Below are positions 62,979 to 64,000 of a stretch of 64,000 bases of DNA, in pieces. How positions within the stretch are numbered: position 1 is the first letter of the stretch; each line of letters opens with the position of its first letter. Under the pieces are notes generated by a model. That model ran no database searches. It was given only the letters and a program-made list of their open reading frames with translations, and was not told the DNA's origin. Location of the stretch: NCBI GenBank assembly GCA_040954595.2, contig CM082586.2:7037337-7101336 (forward strand), written 5' to 3'. The position numbers were made by a program, and so were the translations under genes. The stretch comes from Balanoglossus misakiensis (Eukaryota > Animalia > Hemichordata).

Positions 62979-64000
62979 ACTTAAACCACGATCCCCCGCA
63001 GACTTTGTTCCCATCAGAGCTTTGAGTATCTTTAAGACGTCGTATTACACAACGATTCAGTAAAATATAAGGAACAAAATTTTATCAAAGGAGGCTTATT
63101 ATTCATTGCTGACTGTGAAATTTGGTTGGCCACCCCTCTTCCTATAAATGAATCCTGTCGTGGGCAGGTAGTTCTAGACCGCCCTGCTGGGCCTTACAAG
63201 ATCGCCCACGCTTGACAGGTGTTACTCTAAATGTTCATGCTTACGTGTCGGAGTGATACTTCAATTTGCATCAAATTTAACTTTACAGGTGTGTTACGTG
63301 GTGTATTTTGGGAAGGGTTACAGCTATTGGGGTTTTGCGTGCACATGGTAAGCTTACGCGAAAATTTTCTAGGCCAAATGCAGTAGGCCTAAGTGTCACG
63401 TTTTTAGTTTATTTTCCTTCAAATGTCCATGAAATCGATCTGAAGATAGTTCCGATCTATATCATCTGCGAAAACAAGCGGCTACATGTTGGCAAAGCAA
63501 AAACTGGGTCACAATGCTCTACATGGTACTACTCCCCGTCTGTGTATTGGCGGCAACGCGTCTGCATGGTAGCGATATTGGTGAGTAACTCATCTGCGAA
63601 AAGACTTGATACCGAAGTGAAGCTGTCCGACATTAGAAACGCACACCTGGTGAACAGCAACAAAAAGTAAGCAGAATTTTGCAAGGTACGCGGGTTTTGT
63701 TAAATAGTAAAACAGCCAACCTTGTTACATGTCGGTAGTGAAGCAAAATCGAAGTGAAGCATCGGATTAGAGTACTACAAGCAAATCTGGGGATAATGTG
63801 ATTTAGTATAATTTTCTAGAAATTTGTAGTGAATTTATTGCAACGTTAGTTTGTTTCTGGTGAATAGATTTTTTGTCTATTTTATACTTTATCATGTTAT
63901 GAAGACTCTCGACATTAGCTTTGTACGTCAGTAGACAAAACTGTGAATGTGAAGCATTGAATGAAATGATCCGGAGACTGTCGCATATCCAGTTCGCTTT

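Overview
This is intron-containing animal DNA, not prokaryotic. It is probably from a marine invertebrate, plausibly an invertebrate deuterostome, but the taxon cannot be fixed from sequence alone. The left third holds spliced single-copy genes: a CUB-TM-PY receptor-like gene, IQCC head-to-head with archease (which has an 11-nt microexon and a U12-type intron), a prokaryote-like SLC6/NSS transporter, and DCAF13. From about 23.7 kb the window becomes a cluster of expanded families. There are two single-exon ankyrin-SOCS-box (ASB-like) genes and three single-exon HS3ST-like sulfotransferases with degenerate PAPS-binding and catalytic motifs. These are followed by a tandem array of four three-exon DED-NACHT-(LRR) NLR-type genes: three intact and one LRR-less. 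The NLR duplication unit begins inside the third sulfotransferase and carries fragments of it. The array shows a strongly diverged DED on a near-invariant NACHT, mosaic paralogs, a possible DED-only splice form and a truncated copy. Many MITEs, a decayed Penelope-like RT fragment and a branched GNA-loop hairpin are also present. All exon boundaries and identities were read by eye.
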